DNA of 64,000 nucleotides from an uncultured delta proteobacterium (lineage in GTDB: Bacteria > Myxococcota > Myxococcia > Myxococcales > Myxococcaceae). The DNA is taken from assembly GCA_963796055.1 (NCBI GenBank), contig CAWCKH010000006.1:123685-187684 (forward strand). Reading direction: 5' to 3'. The position numbers were made by a program, and so were the translations under genes. The notes under the pieces were generated by a model that made no database searches, was not told the DNA's origin, and saw nothing but the letters and a program-made list of their open reading frames with translations. The stretch's first letter is position 1. Every line of letters starts with the position of its first letter. Positions 59,027-64,000 of this stretch are shown one piece after another.

Positions 59027-60811
59027 GTGCCCATCCCCGAGCACACCATCGACGAGATTCTCGAGCGCGTCGACCTGGTCGCGCTGGTGGGGCGCCACGT
59101 CGAGCTGAAGAAATCCGGCAAGAGCTTCAAGGGGCGCTGTCCGTTCCATCAGGAGAAGAGCGCGTCGTTCTACGTGACGCCGGAGCTGAAGCGCTTCAAG
59201 TGCTTCGGGTGCCAGGTGGGGGGCGATGCCATCGCCTTCGTGCAGCGCTACCTGGGGAAGACGTTCGTGGACGCGGTGCGCGACCTCGCCCGCGAGGTGG
59301 GGGTGGATCTGTCGGCCTCGGAGGACCCGTCGGCCCGCGAGCGACAGCACCTGCGCGAGGTGACGGAGCTGGCGCAGGAGCACTTCAAGTCGCAGCTGTG
59401 GCACCCCACCGAGGGGCGGGTGGCGCGCGAGGCGCTGGTGGCCCGGGGCGTCAGCGAGGAGACGGCGCGGAGCTTCGGCCTGGGGTGGGCACCGGAGGCG
59501 TGGACGCGGCTGGGGGATCTGCTGCTCGCCCACGGGCTGCTCGACTTCGGGCTGCAGGCGGGGCTGGTCCAGCGGCGCACGCGCGGGGATGGCGTCTATG
59601 ACGTGTTTCGCGGGCGGCTGATCATTCCCATCCGCGCCCCGGACGGGCGGGTGGTGGCCTTCGGCGGGAGGCTCCTGGTGGGGGACCAGGGGCCCAAGTA
59701 CCTCAACTCGAAGGAGTCGCGTCTCTACGCCAAGAGCGAGACGCTCTATGGGCTGGACCGGGCGCGTGACGAGATCCGGCGGCGAAAGAGCGTCGTGCTG
59801 GTCGAGGGCTACTTCGACGTCATCGGGCTGCACCAGGCGGGGGTGCAGCACGCGGTGGCGCTGTGCTCCACCGCGCTGACAGCGGGACATCTGGCGCAGC
59901 TGCAGCGGGTGGAGGCACGGGAGCTGCTCTTGCTGCTCGACGGTGACGAGGCGGGCCGCAAGGCGGTGGAGCGGCTCGCCCCGGGGCTCCTGGCGGCCGG
60001 GGCGTCCACGCGGGTGGCGCTGCTGCCCGAGGGGGAGGACCCGGACACCTTTGCCCGGAGCCGGGGTGGGGACGCGGTCCGGGCCCTGCTCGCCGGGGCG
60101 GTGCCGCTCTCGGAGCACCTGTTCCGCACCTTGCTCCCGGAGGGCCGGGCGGGGAGCTTCGAGCGGAAGATGGAGGCCCTGGGGCGACTCCGACCCGTGG
60201 TGGCCGAGCTTCCGGTGGGCCTGCTGCGCTCGGCGTTCTTCTCCGGTCTGGCGGCCCATTCGGGGTTGCCGGCCGCCGAGCTCGAAGCCGGCCTGCGGGG
60301 CAAGGGCCCCCTCCTCCGCCCGGTTCCGAAGCCACCCGCCTCGGCGCCGGTGCGCGTGGAGCGGCCGCTGGACCGGGCCGAGGCTGCGCTGGGCGCGCTG
60401 TTCCTCGTCCGGCCGGAGCTGATCCGCGGCGCGGCGGCATCGGAGGTGGTGCACGAGGTGACCCACCCGGGGCTCCGGGCGGTGCTCGCCCAGCTCCAGG
60501 CAGGCGCCGCCCCGCTGGACGCGCTCGAGGGGGCGAGCCCCAGGCTCCGGGCGAGCGTGGAGGCGGCCCAGGGGCTCCTTCCGCGGGATGCCGAACGGTT
60601 GCCCGAGGCGTTCGAGACCCTCTCCAGACGGTTGAAGCTGGCCCGGGTCAAGGAGCGGCTGGACCACATCGCCCGGAGCACGGCCCTTCTCGTGGGAGCG
60701 CACGAGCTGGACGAGGAGACGAAAAGGTTGCAGGAGGAACGGGGGGAATTACTCAGGCTGAAACGCCAGCTCGAGGCGGCCCCCTCCCCACCCCCAACTG
60801 GTAGTTTGTGA
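59027..60811 (+). CDS. dnaG: DNA primase
   Basis: CPFH...FKCFGC zinc finger, FGGR, KYLNS, EGYFD, DGDEAG, DPD. Confidence 0.97.
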   Translation: MPIPEHTIDEILERVDLVALVGRHVELKKSGKSFKGRCPFHQEKSASFYVTPELKRFKCFGCQVGGDAIAFVQRYLGKTFVDAVRDLAREVGVDLSASEDPSARERQHLREVTELAQEHFKSQLWHPTEGRVAREALVARGVSEETARSFGLGWAPEAWTRLGDLLLAHGLLDFGLQAGLVQRRTRGDGVYDVFRGRLIIPIRAPDGRVVAFGGRLLVGDQGPKYLNSKESRLYAKSETLYGLDRARDEIRRRKSVVLVEGYFDVIGLHQAGVQHAVALCSTALTAGHLAQLQRVEARELLLLLDGDEAGRKAVERLAPGLLAAGASTRVALLPEGEDPDTFARSRGGDAVRALLAGAVPLSEHLFRTLLPEGRAGSFERKMEALGRLRPVVAELPVGLLRSAFFSGLAAHSGLPAAELEAGLRGKGPLLRPVPKPPASAPVRVERPLDRAEAALGALFLVRPELIRGAAASEVVHEVTHPGLRAVLAQLQAGAAPLDALEGASPRLRASVEAAQGLLPRDAERLPEAFETLSRRLKLARVKERLDHIARSTALLVGAHELDEETKRLQEERGELLRLKRQLEAAPSPPPTGSL

Positions 60812-60872
60812 CCGTGCGCGCACCGGTGATAAAGCCGCGCGTTCGCACATCTATTTCTGGAGTCGTCGCCCG

Positions 60873-62954
<2,082 letters not shown>

Positions 62955-63022
62955 GCCGTCCGGCCCTCGGCCGGAACGTCGCCCCAGGGGCCTGACCGAG
63001 CTGCTCGCCGGTCCGGCCCTTC

Positions 63023-63379
63023 GTGTATGAGGCCTCCGTGCCGCTCCCCCGAGATGCACTGGAGGCGACGGTGGCCCGGGTGGTGCGGGCCATCCCCCGT
63101 GGCCGAGTGCTGAGCTACTCGCGGGTGGCGGTGCTGGCAGGCCTTCCCGGGCGGGCGCGGCTCATCGGCAACGTGATGGGGCGCATCGGGGCGCGCCTGC
63201 CCTGGTGGCGCGTGCTGCGGGCGGACCGGACGCTCGCCGAGGAGGTGCGGGTGGAGCAGGCCCGGCGCCTGCGCGCCGAGGGCATCCGCGTGGGCGACGG
63301 CGGCCGCGTCCCCCGCTCGGCGTTCCTGCCAATCGGCGACGAGGCCCTCCACCGGCGGATCCGGCGGGGCCTGGGTTGA
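63023..63379 (+). CDS. MGMT-family alkyltransferase-like (ATL) protein
   Basis: IPRGRVLSYSRVA..AG..GRARLIG, PWWRV (Trp in place of the catalytic Cys), Q..RL.AEG. Confidence 0.85.
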   Translation: MYEASVPLPRDALEATVARVVRAIPRGRVLSYSRVAVLAGLPGRARLIGNVMGRIGARLPWWRVLRADRTLAEEVRVEQARRLRAEGIRVGDGGRVPRSAFLPIGDEALHRRIRRGLG

Positions 63380-63447
63380 GCCGTCCGGCCCTCGGCCGGA
63401 ACGTAGCCCCAGGGGCCTGACCGAGCTGCTCGCCGGTCCGGCCCTTC

Positions 63448-63807
63448 GTGTATGAGGCCTCCGTGCCGCTCCCCGAGATGCACTGGAGGCGACGGGTGGC
63501 CCGGGTGGTGCGGGCCATCCCCCGTGGCCGAGTGCTGAGCTACTCCGGGTGGCGGTGCTGGCAGGCCTTCCCGGGCGGGCGCGGCTCATCGGCAACGTGA
63601 TGGGGCGCATCGGGGCGGCCTGCCCTGGTGGCGCGTGCTGCGGGCGGACCGGACGCTCGCCGAGGAGGTGCGGGTGGAGCAGGCGCGGCGGCGGACCTCG
63701 CGCGCCGAGGGCATCCGCGTGGGCGACGGCGGCCGCGTCCCCCCGCTCGGCGTTCCTGCCAATCGGCGACGAGGCCCTCCACCGGCGGAATCCGGCGGGG
63801 CCTGGGT
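63448..63807 (+). pseudogene. Frameshifted second copy of the ATL gene (possible assembly artefact)
   Basis: Near-identical to copy 1 with multiple 1-nt indels. Confidence 0.6.
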
Positions 63808-63820
63808 CAGGCGGTTGCCC

Positions 63821-64000
63821 CTAGAACTGCAGGCGAAGCATCAGCCGCCCGCCCAGGTAGCGGTCGGTCGCGCTCCCGGCCGCCTCCGGCTGGTTGTCGT
63901 CGAAGGTGAAGGAGGTCGACTGGTAGATGCCGAAGATGCGCAGCGCGAGCGGCCCCACCAGCTGGACGTGGAAGCCGAGCTCGGCCTCGATCGCATGGGC
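63821..64000 (-). CDS. C-terminus of a probable outer-membrane beta-barrel protein (truncated by window edge)
   Basis: AHAIEAELGFHVQLVGPLALRIFGIYQ...DRYLGGRLMLRLQF*: alternating strands and terminal Phe. Confidence 0.7.
   Translation of the reverse strand, partial: AHAIEAELGFHVQLVGPLALRIFGIYQSTSFTFDDNQPEAAGSATDRYLGGRLMLRLQF

Overview
High-GC myxobacterial (Myxococcales-like) chromosome segment. It runs from the 3' end of rplI and dnaB through clpB, the developmental mrpA-mrpB-mrpC locus, rpmE, crdB/crdA-like genes and the PBP1A...crdS-like operon to rpsU-yqeY-dnaG-rpoD. From recalled knowledge, the gene order resembles the corresponding Myxococcus xanthus region, but the che3 chemosensory cluster expected next to crdB is absent. 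Main observations: (1) a Pkn14-like Ser/Thr kinase whose C-terminus looks like a ribbon-helix-helix DNA-binding domain, in an operon divergent from mrpA and headed by a catalytically degenerate amidohydrolase; (2) a readable mrpC promoter with a sigma54 box, two palindromic UAS copies and an MrpC site; (3) an accessory mddA/esterase cassette with an 11-bp-period operator and a deletion-damaged wHTH-hydrolase regulator; (4) a POTRA-less Omp85 barrel/second barrel/lipoprotein operon; (5) a structured, repeat-containing 375-bp region upstream of rpsU; (6) a Rof-like small protein. Several single-base frameshifts (truA, PBP1A, FG-GAP gene) and an indel-riddled 425-bp tandem duplication after rpoD suggest unpolished long-read assembly errors. 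No tRNA, rRNA, CRISPR array or transposase was seen. All calls come from reading motifs by eye; no searches were run.
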